NCBI GenBank assembly: GCA_963704755.1
Contig: OY969938.1
Location: 3,420,001-3,452,000 of the forward strand
Reading direction: 5' to 3'
DNA: 32,000 nt
DNA from: an uncultured Chloroflexia bacterium
Lineage (GTDB): Bacteria > Chloroflexota > Anaerolineae > Anaerolineales > Anaerolineaceae
Shown one piece after another: positions 1 through 8,484 of the stretch (positions are counted from its first letter, which is position 1; every line of letters begins with the position of its first letter). The position numbers and the translations under genes are program-made. Under the pieces are notes generated by a model that was not told where the DNA came from, did not search any database, and saw only the letters and a list, made by a program, of their open reading frames with translations.

Positions 1-1
1 C

Positions 2-709
2 AGCCAGCAAAACGTGGATCCGGCCCTGCAAATCCTGGCAGTGGGGGCGACCGGGCTGGTCGGCATGGCCGGGTCGATTTTCCTGGGCGTGTACTTCGGC
101 GCGCGGGTCGGCATTGGCAAAGAGGCCGGGCAGCAAAAGTCCTTCATCTGGTGGGTGATCAACCGTCTGATGTTCCTGGCCGCGGTGGGCTCGATCCAGG
201 CCTTTGCCCTGTATTACCTGCGCGATGTTTTGCACATCCCCAACGCGGCTTTCATGACGACCGTTTTGCTGGCGGCCGTGGCGGTCTTCCTGATCCCTTC
301 GGCGATCTTCGGGGGTAACCTGGCCGATCGAATCGGGCGCAAACGGCTGATTTATTATTCCGGCTTTATCGCTGCCGGCGGAACGCTGCTGCTGCTATTC
401 TCGCAAGGCATCGCTATGGTGGTTGTGGCGGGCTGCATCATCGGCCTGGCAACGGGCACGTTTTTCGCTACCAATTGGGCCCTGGGCACCGATTTGGTGC
501 CGGCAAAAGAAGCCGGGCGCTACCTGGGTATTTCCAACCTGGCCGGGGCCGGGGCGGGCATTGTCGGCGCCGGCATTGGCGGCCCCATGGCGGACTTTTT
601 CAACGCCGTCCAGCCCGGCCTGGGTTACCTGGTCATCTTTGCCATTTACGGGGCGCTGTTCCTGCTCTCCACCCTGGCGCTGACGCAGGTGCGGACGGCG
701 AGGGAGTGA
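2..709 (+). CDS. MFS transporter, C-terminal half (5' end lies outside the window)
   Basis: The reading frame is open from the window edge. The product has about six hydrophobic helices and an MFS-like loop (GGNLADRIGRKRL). The listed GVD start at 14 is probably internal. Confidence 0.7.
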   Translation, partial: SQQNVDPALQILAVGATGLVGMAGSIFLGVYFGARVGIGKEAGQQKSFIWWVINRLMFLAAVGSIQAFALYYLRDVLHIPNAAFMTTVLLAAVAVFLIPSAIFGGNLADRIGRKRLIYYSGFIAAGGTLLLLFSQGIAMVVVAGCIIGLATGTFFATNWALGTDLVPAKEAGRYLGISNLAGAGAGIVGAGIGGPMADFFNAVQPGLGYLVIFAIYGALFLLSTLALTQVRTARE

Positions 710-866
710 TTCGGTGTTGCGGTTTTTCAGTGAATCGGTGAGGGGAAGCGTCAGGTGTCAAGATGTGTGCATGATCGACCAATTCCTGGTTCCTATGGCT
801 GATCGATGCGTTTATTGATTACAATGAGAGACATCCTATCTGATTGCAAACACAAGGCAGCCTATT

Positions 867-1628
867 ATGCTTTTTTCTCCATCCCTTCCTGAAACCCGTT
901 TTGACTTACACTTCTCCCTGGCCAGGGTTCCCATCCGCGTACACCCGTTGTTTTGGGTGATGACGGTTTTGTTTGGCGCAGCTTCGGGGAACATCTGGCA
1001 GTTATTGATTTGGGTGGTGGCGGTATTTGTCTCGATCGTCATTCATGAGCTGGGGCATGCCTTTGTGATGAAGATGTTCGGCCAGCCTTCGCGGATCTTG
1101 CTTTACCTGGGCGGCGGGTTGACCATCCCGGAGCCGGTCCATTGGGGCAATCGCTGGATCAACGTGTCGCTCAAGCCGGCCCAAGAAATCTTGATCGCCC
1201 TGGCCGGGCCGGTTGCGGGCTTCCTCTTCGCCCTGTTGATCATTTTGGGTGGAGCAGCCGCCGGCGGGCTGGTCATGATGACGCCTTTGTTTGGGATCAT
1301 CCCCTTCCCGACGGTCTATTTGCTCTCGAGCGGGACGCTGGTGAACAGCATCATTTCGACCTTCATCTGGGTCAATATCTTTTGGGGCTTCATCAACCTC
1401 ATGCCGGTCTACCCCCTGGACGGAGGCAACGTGGCCCGCTCGCTGTTTATCCAGTTCGACCCGCGGGATGGGTTACAAAAATCGCTGTGGGTCTCGTTCA
1501 TTGCCGGCTGTGTGGTCGGGGTGGTCGGGATCTTCCTGTTCCATAATGCTTACCTGACCTTATTATTCGGGCTGCTCGCTTTTCAAAGTTACATGACACT
1601 GAAAGGCCGGACGAGTAATTTGTTTTGA
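867..1628 (+). CDS. M50-family (site-2 protease-like) membrane zinc metalloprotease
   Basis: HELGHAF (HExxH) lies inside a TM helix. A downstream NLMPVYPLDGG motif is typical of M50 peptidases. The protein is polytopic and hydrophobic. Confidence 0.85.
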   Translation: MLFSPSLPETRFDLHFSLARVPIRVHPLFWVMTVLFGAASGNIWQLLIWVVAVFVSIVIHELGHAFVMKMFGQPSRILLYLGGGLTIPEPVHWGNRWINVSLKPAQEILIALAGPVAGFLFALLIILGGAAAGGLVMMTPLFGIIPFPTVYLLSSGTLVNSIISTFIWVNIFWGFINLMPVYPLDGGNVARSLFIQFDPRDGLQKSLWVSFIAGCVVGVVGIFLFHNAYLTLLFGLLAFQSYMTLKGRTSNLF

Positions 1629-1656
1629 TTTCCGACCTGAAATGGGTGCACGCAAA

Positions 1657-1715
1657 ATAAATTATGGGGTGTTTGGAAACGTGCTTAGCACGTTTCCAAA
1701 CACCCCATAATTTAT
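1657..1715. repeat. Hairpin family copy A: perfect 28-bp stem with 3-nt loop (tta)
   Basis: I checked base by base that 1657-1684 (ataaattatggggtgtttggaaacgtgc) is the exact reverse complement of 1688-1715. It lies 29 nt after the M50 stop and is followed by a ttttt run, so it may also act as a terminator. Confidence 0.9.
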
Positions 1716-1783
1716 AACTTTTTAGGGGGCTCTCTGAAAAGTAGATAGTGTTCTAAATACACAAATCAGTTATAATCCTGGTT

Positions 1784-2560
1784 GTGAACCTGTATTCGTT
1801 TTTTATCGGCCTGGGCGCTTCGTTAGGGCTGCTGCTGGTCGCACACCGCTCGCCGGAACGGGAGCAGCTCTCCTGGACGGGCGCCGGTTTGATCGTGCTG
1901 GCGGCCGGGCTGGCCGGTTCACGCCTGAACTTCATTATGCTGCACCCGGGGCTGTTCGCCGGTGGGCATTGGGCTGATGCGCTGGCGTTCTGGCAGGGCG
2001 GCCTGGCCTGGCCGGGCGGTCTGGTCGCGGCGCTGCTGGCCGTTTTCGTGATCGCCCTGGCGCGCCGCACGATCTTAGGCGTCACTGCGGACCGGCTGTA
2101 CCCGCTGCTCATCCCGCTGGCGGCAATGATCTGGCTGGCTTGCGGCCAGGCCGGTTTAGCCTACGGGAATGCCATGTCTGACCAGATCCCCTGGGCGCTG
2201 CCGGTTGTAGACGAGCATGCCCTGCTCACTTACCGCTGGCCGTTGCAGTACGTCGCTGCCGGCACGTTGGTGTTGGTCACCTGGTGGGTGGAGGGCCTGA
2301 CCAATAACGCCCGTGTACCAGGTTCACGGGCCTGCATTTGGGCGTTTTTCTTTGGTCTGCATACCTTGTTGTTTTCCTACTGGCGGGCTGACAGCGCCCC
2401 GGTGCTGGGCAGCCTGCGTCTGGACTATGTCGCTGCCATCGGTCTGGCCGCGATTAGCCTGGTGGGGCTGATCGGCATGGCCGTAATCCGGCTGCGCGGC
2501 TCTTTTTCGGATGACCCCGCCAGAGCCAACCGCGAATCCTGGTCCTCGCCGAAAGAATAA
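1784..2560 (+). CDS. Polytopic membrane protein, divergent prolipoprotein diacylglyceryl transferase (Lgt)-like
   Basis: GTG start. Multiple TM helices are present. FWQGGLAWPGGLVAALLA resembles the Lgt GGLxxHGG region, but other Lgt motifs are not clear. Confidence 0.5.
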   Translation: MNLYSFFIGLGASLGLLLVAHRSPEREQLSWTGAGLIVLAAGLAGSRLNFIMLHPGLFAGGHWADALAFWQGGLAWPGGLVAALLAVFVIALARRTILGVTADRLYPLLIPLAAMIWLACGQAGLAYGNAMSDQIPWALPVVDEHALLTYRWPLQYVAAGTLVLVTWWVEGLTNNARVPGSRACIWAFFFGLHTLLFSYWRADSAPVLGSLRLDYVAAIGLAAISLVGLIGMAVIRLRGSFSDDPARANRESWSSPKE

Positions 2561-2658
2561 GCCTGCCGGGCCCTGGCTCGCCGCGAGTTTTACCTCTCCA
2601 TTCTATTTTTGGTACCCCTATCCCAATATAACGAGGAAGGCCAATTATCCGGTCCGCT

Positions 2659-3522
2659 ATGAAAATTACCATCGCACTCGCGCAAATCAATACTGTTCTC
2701 GGGAACGTGCAGGCAAACCTGGAGAAACACCTGGAAATGATCGACCAGGCCCACGCCGCCGGCGCCGACCTGCTGGTCTTCCCGGAGTTGTCGCTGACCG
2801 GTTACGTGCTGCAAGACCTGGCTTCCAGTGTGGCGCACCGGCCCGTGATGGATGATCCCGTCTTTCAGCCGCTCCTGGCGGCTTCCCAAAAGCTGGACCT
2901 GATGGTCGGCTTTGTCGAGGAAGACACCCGCAACCGGTTTTTTATCGCGTCGGCTTACCTATCGCGCGGGCAGGTGGTTCACGTACACCATAAAGTCTAT
3001 TTGCCTACCTACGGTTTGTTCGATGAAAGCCGCTTCTTCGCCTGGGGCGATTCGGTCGCGGCCTTCGACACTCGCTTTGGGCGTTTTGGCATGCTGATCT
3101 GTGAGGATTTCTGGCACGCTTCTCCGCCTTACCTGCTCTGGCTGGACGGGGCCGATTTATTCCTGTTCGCCTCGGCCTCCCCTGGGCGGGGCCTGGGCGC
3201 GCAAGACCAGCTCGAATCGGCCCGCTGGGTCGATCACATCACCGGGGCTTACGCCAGCCTGTTCACCTCCTTTGTGGTCCATGCGAACCGGGTGGGGTAC
3301 GAGGATGGCTTGAATTTTTGGGGAGCCTCCTCGATCCACGACCCAAATGGGGACCTGGTGGTGCAGGGGCCTTATCACGAAGCGGCCCTGACCGTGGCTC
3401 AAATCGACCTGAACCAGCTCCACCGCACCCGCGCGCGCCTGCCCTTGCTGCGTGACGAGCGTACGGCCCTGGTCTCGCGTGAGCTGGGCCGCATCACCAT
3501 CAATCGTTCGAATGGCCGCTAA
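2659..3522 (+). CDS. Carbon-nitrogen hydrolase (nitrilase superfamily), probable glutaminase subunit of NAD synthetase
   Basis: The Glu-Lys-Cys triad contexts are present: FPELSLTGY, HHKVYLP, GMLICEDFWH. The gene lies immediately upstream of nadE. Confidence 0.8.
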   Translation: MKITIALAQINTVLGNVQANLEKHLEMIDQAHAAGADLLVFPELSLTGYVLQDLASSVAHRPVMDDPVFQPLLAASQKLDLMVGFVEEDTRNRFFIASAYLSRGQVVHVHHKVYLPTYGLFDESRFFAWGDSVAAFDTRFGRFGMLICEDFWHASPPYLLWLDGADLFLFASASPGRGLGAQDQLESARWVDHITGAYASLFTSFVVHANRVGYEDGLNFWGASSIHDPNGDLVVQGPYHEAALTVAQIDLNQLHRTRARLPLLRDERTALVSRELGRITINRSNGR

Positions 3523-3535
3523 CCAGGAGAGAGCC

Positions 3536-4357
3536 ATGATCGACCTTACCATCAATACTACGTTGGCTCGCAAGATCCTGACCGGCTTCCTGCACAGCGA
3601 AATCAATCGAATCGGTCTGTCGCGCGCGGTGATCGGGCTTTCCGGTGGGATCGATTCGGCGGTTTCGTGTTTTTTGGCTGCCGAAGCCCTGGGACCCGAA
3701 AATGTACTGGCCGTGCGCATGCCCTACCGTACCTCGTCACAAGATTTATTGGATGACGCCCAACGGGTCATCGATGCGACCGGTGTGCAATCACTGACCG
3801 TGGAAATCACCCCCATGGCCGAGCCGTTTTTTGAGCAGTTCCCGGACCTGGGCCAGATGCGCCGCGGAAACGTCATGGCGCGCACGCGCATGATTGTGCT
3901 GTATGACCAGTCGGCGGCTTTCCGCGGGCTGGTGGTGGGCACCAGCAATAAGACCGAGATTATGTTGGGCTACTCGACCCTGTTTGGCGATTCGGCCTGC
4001 GGGCTGAACCCGATCGGTGACCTGTACAAGACCCAACTGCGCCAACTGGCCCGCGACCTGGGCGTGCCCCAGTCGATCCTCGACAAGGCGCCTTCGGCCG
4101 ACCTGTGGATCGGGCAGACGGACGAGGGTGAGTTGGGTTACAGCTATGCCGAGGCGGATCAATTGCTTTATTTACTGGTGGACCAGCGTTATACCCCGGA
4201 AGAATGTATGGCGGCCGGTTTTGAAGAGAAATTCGTCCAGAACGTGGTCGAGCGGGTACGCCGTAACCAGTTCAAGCGGGTGCTGCCGCCGATCGCCAAG
4301 CTGTCCAACCGCACGGTTGGCTACGATTTCCTCTACCTGCGCGATTGGGGCACCTGA
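3536..4357 (+). CDS. nadE: NAD+ synthetase (synthetase/ATP-pyrophosphatase domain only)
   Basis: It has the SGGIDS P-loop (GLSGGIDSAV) and a NadE-like C-terminus. I prefer the ATG at 3536, preceded by aggagagag, over the ORF-track start at 3452, which overlaps the upstream gene. Confidence 0.9.
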   Translation: MIDLTINTTLARKILTGFLHSEINRIGLSRAVIGLSGGIDSAVSCFLAAEALGPENVLAVRMPYRTSSQDLLDDAQRVIDATGVQSLTVEITPMAEPFFEQFPDLGQMRRGNVMARTRMIVLYDQSAAFRGLVVGTSNKTEIMLGYSTLFGDSACGLNPIGDLYKTQLRQLARDLGVPQSILDKAPSADLWIGQTDEGELGYSYAEADQLLYLLVDQRYTPEECMAAGFEEKFVQNVVERVRRNQFKRVLPPIAKLSNRTVGYDFLYLRDWGT

Positions 4358-4393
4358 ACAGGGGATTGAGACGCATATTCCCGTGATTGAATT

Positions 4394-4429
4394 ATCCAGG
4401 CTTCCCTCATTTACTCGGGAAGCCTGGAT
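4394..4429. terminator. Hairpin between convergent genes, a candidate terminator
   Basis: ATCCAGGCTTCCC (4394-4406) pairs with GGGAAGCCTGGAT (4417-4429) around a 10-nt loop. The flanking U-tracts are weak. Confidence 0.4.
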
Positions 4430-4492
4430 TAAGTATAAATGGGAGATCCTTCCGGTCGCCGTAAATTCACCGGGCCGATCTAGACCGTAAGG

Positions 4493-5422
4493 TCACTTTG
4501 CCTCGATCACACTTTGGGATGTGAGCGTCGTCTGGATACTTAAATTGTTCTGAAGGTTCTGAATCTTCGGGTTGTTTTTGATCCAGTTATAAATCAGATC
4601 CCTTTTTGCCTGGATGCCATTTTCCGGGGTGGAGTTGGATGACTGATTTTCGGAGGACGTCCCGTAATTATTGAAATAAATCGGCCTATCGTAATAGGAG
4701 ATTCCGAATCCGCCATCCAAATAGTTATTACTGGTTACGCTATAAACCTCCATTCCCCATAGATACTCGGAACCTAGCGACATGCCACAATTTCCTATAC
4801 CTGTGATGGTTACTCTATCCGTATAAGTGAAAGGAGAAGTAGAACAAATAGTCTCCCCATTCATGTCATACAGCACAATTTGATAGGCGTCTCCTTTGGA
4901 AGCCGGGCGAGCGACCCAGGAAAAGGTTGTCGGCAAAGTTATATGCGCGCCTGAAGCGGGGGAAGACAAAACGACATCCTGAATATCAAAGGTATTTACG
5001 TTCACAATTGTGTTCGATGCAAGTTCTTCGACCATCGGAGAGCACCAAACCCATAAACGGTTGGTGTTTTCTTCCTCATTCAGATAGCAAATTTCGTAGA
5101 ATTCATCGCCTTCCAACGGGGATAAATATGTAAACTGGTAAGTACCGTCTGAAGCACTGACCGCTGAAGAGACCAATAGACTATCATCGGTAAATTTTAA
5201 CGCTTCGATGATAATCGATCCGACACCCTTTCCCTTTTCGACCACTTTTCCGGTGATGGTGGCCGGATCCGGCGAACTGATCACGGATGGCAGGTACACC
5301 GTATACGTTGAGCCAGTACTGCCATCTTCATCGTCGCCTTTGACGGTGGCTGCGTTGGAAAAAACGAACAAAATGAATACGAACGCCAAAAGGATTCGAT
5401 AAAGTTTGCTGCTTTGTTTCAT
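4493..5422 (-). CDS. Secreted hypothetical protein with a carboxypeptidase-regulatory-like beta-sandwich segment
   Basis: An N-terminal signal peptide is present (MKQSSKLYRILLAFVFILFVFSNAATVKG). ITGKVV...DGTYQF is CarboxypepD_reg-like. The gene is visibly lower in GC than its neighbours. Confidence 0.7.
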   Translation of the reverse strand: MKQSSKLYRILLAFVFILFVFSNAATVKGDDEDGSTGSTYTVYLPSVISSPDPATITGKVVEKGKGVGSIIIEALKFTDDSLLVSSAVSASDGTYQFTYLSPLEGDEFYEICYLNEEENTNRLWVWCSPMVEELASNTIVNVNTFDIQDVVLSSPASGAHITLPTTFSWVARPASKGDAYQIVLYDMNGETICSTSPFTYTDRVTITGIGNCGMSLGSEYLWGMEVYSVTSNNYLDGGFGISYYDRPIYFNNYGTSSENQSSNSTPENGIQAKRDLIYNWIKNNPKIQNLQNNLSIQTTLTSQSVIEAK

Positions 5423-5701
5423 CTGGTTGCCTCCCTGATACGTCGATGAATAGTCTGGTGGGTTCTGTGCGTGCGAAGATCCACCCCATAGATTAGAAAC
5501 CCAACTTTGCTTGTTTTTGTTAAGTTGTACGGATAAATGAAAAAGAAATTACTCGAATGGGACGCCCGGTGCCTGGTCGCATATTCCCCTTCCAACCAGG
5601 AAGATTACAAAGGATTTAAGGCTGTATTTTATAATTACCCCCGAAACAAGAGAAAACATGCCCCCTTTCGATCGTGCGATGAAATAACTGTGGATATGTA
5701 T

Positions 5702-5730
5702 AGTTTATGGGTTCGAATGAGGCCTGTCAA
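5702..5730 (-). promoter_or_regulatory. Candidate sigma70-type promoter (TTGACA-17nt-TAAACT) facing the 4493-5422 gene
   Basis: On the minus strand, TTGACA (5730-5725) is followed by a 17-nt spacer and TAAACT (5707-5702). This implies a 5' UTR of roughly 270 nt. Confidence 0.3.
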
Positions 5731-5804
5731 GTATTATTCGTTGATAATTCGTGACCACTCTGCTACTGCAAAAGTTAGAGGTGTTAGGTGCCTGTTTCGT
5801 CTGC

Positions 5805-6162
5805 CTGGCCGGCGTGAATCCGGTTTTGAAAGCCGGCCAGCGCGGCGGATCGGCGCCTGTGGGCGACCAAGGTCGCGGCAACAAGAGCACAAAGCCCGGC
5901 CTGCGCCGGGCTGAAAAGGAGACCCACCTTCGTGGGCCTTTGTGTGGTAGTAGGTGCAGCTTTAGCTGCCGCCGGTTGGGTCAGGTGTTCAGGTTAGCGG
6001 CCCGGGTTATTGCATACCAGCCGGGGTCTTCGATCTGCGTTGAAGAGCGGGCTCGGTCTGGAGCCCGGCCCGAACAATGGTTTGTTCGGGTTCGAACCCC
6101 AGGCTTTAGCGCTGTTTGAAAATTGCGCTTGCATAGGTTGGGTTCGGGCTCATCAAGAGCCT
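5805..6162. other. GC-rich multi-hairpin noncoding region (candidate structured RNA or REP-like hairpin cluster)
   Basis: At least 11 local stems are present, for example 5805-5813/5832-5840 (9 bp), 5894-5900/5905-5911, 5923-5927/5932-5936, 5956-5960/5965-5969, 6048-6054/6061-6067 and 6069-6077/6082-6090 (9 bp). CACAAAG (5888-5894) pairs with CTTTGTG (5938-5944) and encloses two hairpins, forming a 3-way junction. No ORF here has protein-like composition. Confidence 0.35.
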
Positions 6163-6306
6163 TGGCTAAATATCGGGCGTTTATCCGCCAAGATGTTGCC
6201 CTGGCCCAACAACGCATGTTTTGGAAAGAGTCCAGAGGGCAAGACCAGCCATAAATTTCGTATTTTCCTACCCCCCTTATCCCTGATTACGGATCTCCTG
6301 GTCTTC

Positions 6307-8223
6307 CTATTCCTGTTCGGCCAACTCGGCCCACTCATTCATGCATGTTTCGAGCTTGTGCTGGATATCGGTGTATTCCTGCCCCAGCCGGCTGACCTCG
6401 GCGGCGTCGCTGGGCGGGTTCTCCAGCCGGTTGGAGATTTGCGACAGGCGTGTTTCCAGGGCGGTGATTTCTTTCTCGACAGTCTGCAAGCGCTCGCGGC
6501 GCTGCCTTTCATTATTATTTACCTTATTATTTTTCCCATTCGAACTGCGCTGGCGCGGCTTTTCACTCTTTTCTATGACTTCAGTGGGTTTTTGGCTGGA
6601 CGCCAAAGCCGCCTCGGCCTGCAGGGCGCTTTTGTATTCGCTGTAAGCGCCGTCGAAAATGCGCAGCTCCTGGCGATCGGGCAAAACGTCCCAGACCTGG
6701 GTGGCCAGCGCGTCGATCAGGTAGCGGTCGTGCGAGACCAGGAGTATGGTGCCCTGGTAATCGCTGAGCAGCGATTGCAGGATTTCTTGCGAGGGCAAAT
6801 CCAGGTGGTTGGTCGGCTCGTCCAGCAGGAGCAGGTTGGTGCCTTGCAAGGCCAGGCAGGCCAGCGCCAGGCGGCCCTGCTCTCCGCCGGAGAGCAGTCT
6901 CACCGGTTTGAATACATCGTCGCCGGTAAACAGGAATTTGGCCAGGTAGTCGCGCGTCTCGGCCGGGAGCATGTTCGGTGCGACGGCCTCGATTTCTTCC
7001 AGGAGGGTGTAGTCGGCATGCAGCCCTTCGTGGGCCTGGGCAAAATAACCGATTTTCAGGGCGGCCCCCAGGCTGACCTCGCCGCCAAATGGCGGAATTT
7101 GCTCCAGCAGGGTTTTTAGGAAGGTGGTTTTGCCGGCGCCGTTCGGCCCAATCACGGCGGCACATTCGCCCCGTTTGAGGGTCAGGTCCGGCACATGGAA
7201 CAGCGGCCGGCCCTCGTCCAGGTAGCCGACACTTAAATCGTAGGTACGCATCACCAGGTCACCCGAGCGGCCGCTGGCCTGCAGGCGGAAGCGCATTTTG
7301 CGCGGCTCTTTGGGCGGGGCCAGCCGGGCTTCTTTCAACATCCGTTCCAGGCGCGTGCGCCGCCCCTGGGCCTGGCGGGTATTCTGCCCGGCAATGTTGC
7401 GGCGGATGTATTCTTCTTCTTTTTCGATGAATTCTTGCTGGGTCTGGTATTCGGCCAGTCGATTTTGGTAACGTTCCTGGCGCTGGTTGAGATAGGCCGA
7501 ATAATTGCCGCGGTAGACTTCCAGGGCCGGGCTCATTTCCCAGATGACCATGGCGACCTGGTCGAGGAAGTAGCGGTCGTGCGAAACGATCAGCACGGCG
7601 CCTTCCCAATCTTTCAGAAAGTTCTCCAGCCATTCGACCGCGGCGATGTCGAGATGATTGGTCGGCTCGTCCAGCAGGAGCAGGTCGGGGCTCGAAAGCA
7701 GCAGGCGGGCCAGCAGCGCACGGGTGCGTTGGCCGCCGGAGAGCTGTCCCAGGGGGCGGCGAAAATCGGATAAGGCAAATCCCAGGCCGGTCAGGGTCTG
7801 GCGGATGCGGGTTTCGTAGGTATAGCCGCCCAGCAGTTCGAATTCTTGCTGCAGCCGCCCGTAGGTCTCCAGGGCCGTATCGGCCTGCTGCGGGTCGGCC
7901 ATCGCGGTTTCCAGGCGGCTCAATTCGCCCTGGCGCTCGATCAACTCGCTGAAGGCAGTCATACACTCATCCCACAGGCTGCGATGAGAATCCAGCCGGG
8001 CCTCTTGCGGCAGGTAGCCCATACTGGTCCCGCGGGCGCTGTGGATCGTTCCCCCGGAAGGATCTTCCAGGCCCAGTAGAATTTTGAGCAGGGTCGTTTT
8101 GCCCACCCCATTGGAGCCAACCAGGCCGATCCTGGCCCGGTGAGGTATGCTCAGGCTGATATCGCTAAAGATATCCTCTGGCCCAAAGGACTTGGAGAGG
8201 TTGTTGGCAGTTAAAAGAGGCAT
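6307..8223 (-). CDS. ABC-F family ATPase (two ABC cassettes, no TM domain, C-terminal coiled coil)
   Basis: Two Walker A sites (GSNGVGKTT, GPNGAGKTT) and two signatures (LSGGQRTR, LSGGEQGR) are present. There is a charged interdomain linker and a K/N/R/E-rich C-terminal tail. Confidence 0.9.
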   Translation of the reverse strand: MPLLTANNLSKSFGPEDIFSDISLSIPHRARIGLVGSNGVGKTTLLKILLGLEDPSGGTIHSARGTSMGYLPQEARLDSHRSLWDECMTAFSELIERQGELSRLETAMADPQQADTALETYGRLQQEFELLGGYTYETRIRQTLTGLGFALSDFRRPLGQLSGGQRTRALLARLLLSSPDLLLLDEPTNHLDIAAVEWLENFLKDWEGAVLIVSHDRYFLDQVAMVIWEMSPALEVYRGNYSAYLNQRQERYQNRLAEYQTQQEFIEKEEEYIRRNIAGQNTRQAQGRRTRLERMLKEARLAPPKEPRKMRFRLQASGRSGDLVMRTYDLSVGYLDEGRPLFHVPDLTLKRGECAAVIGPNGAGKTTFLKTLLEQIPPFGGEVSLGAALKIGYFAQAHEGLHADYTLLEEIEAVAPNMLPAETRDYLAKFLFTGDDVFKPVRLLSGGEQGRLALACLALQGTNLLLLDEPTNHLDLPSQEILQSLLSDYQGTILLVSHDRYLIDALATQVWDVLPDRQELRIFDGAYSEYKSALQAEAALASSQKPTEVIEKSEKPRQRSSNGKNNKVNNNERQRRERLQTVEKEITALETRLSQISNRLENPPSDAAEVSRLGQEYTDIQHKLETCMNEWAELAEQE

Positions 8224-8319
8224 GAGGTACTCGCTACGGTGGGAAAGTATAACATGGGATGGATGGGGAAAAGAGAAAATAAAAAATACATAGCTGCACA
8301 GCTACCGGAAAAGGACGGA

Positions 8320-8370
8320 GTGTTTTTATTGTTTTTCACCTGCTTTGCACGTGAAAAACAATAAAAACAC
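8320..8370. repeat. Hairpin family copy B: perfect 20-bp stem plus TGC/GCA apex, ttt loop
   Basis: 8320-8339 (gtgtttttattgtttttcac) is the exact reverse complement of 8351-8370. It lies between the divergent starts of the ABC-F gene and the sensor kinase gene. Confidence 0.9.
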
Positions 8371-8484
8371 CCCAGCTTTTTGAACTGGCCAGAGCAATTA
8401 AAAAAATAGAGCAGAGAGAAAAGTGAGAAATTGGATTTTATTGTCCGGTTCAGGTAAAATGAACCTTGTTGAATTGATACCTAT

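Noticed and set aside
3452-3535. Longer NadE ORF starting at 3452
   Set aside because: The extension overlaps the 3' end of the hydrolase gene and encodes non-NadE-like sequence. The ATG at 3536 has a Shine-Dalgarno and begins a typical NadE N-terminus.
5537-5914. A 125-aa plus-strand ORF (MKKKLLEWDARC...) upstream of the structured region
   Set aside because: Its second half runs through the GC-rich hairpin region and becomes Arg/Gly/Pro-rich nonsense. I see no Shine-Dalgarno and recognise no family. A short real gene in the first 70 codons cannot be excluded, but nothing supports one.
6088-6099. GGGTTCGAACCC, which looks like a tRNA/tmRNA T-loop
   Set aside because: It is a 12-nt perfect palindrome. 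The flanks give at best a 3-4 bp T-stem. There is no acceptor stem, no anticodon arm of the right geometry and no CCA context on either strand.
5805-6240. Possibility that the structured region is tmRNA or RNase P RNA
   Set aside because: It has no tRNA-like 5'/3' pairing and no tag reading frame ending in a hydrophobic ..AA plus stop. The only RNase P-like string (GGAAAGAGTCCAGAGGGC at about 6223) deviates from the GGAAAGTCCGGGC core, and an RNA starting there would run into the ABC-F coding region.
6010-7119. A 369-aa plus-strand ORF, together with the ORFs at 6581-7165 and 7259-7966, overlapping the ABC-F gene
   Set aside because: They lie antisense or off-frame to a gene with unambiguous ABC-F motifs. 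The products are Arg/Gly/Pro/Ala-rich and low in complexity, as expected for alternative frames in GC-rich DNA.
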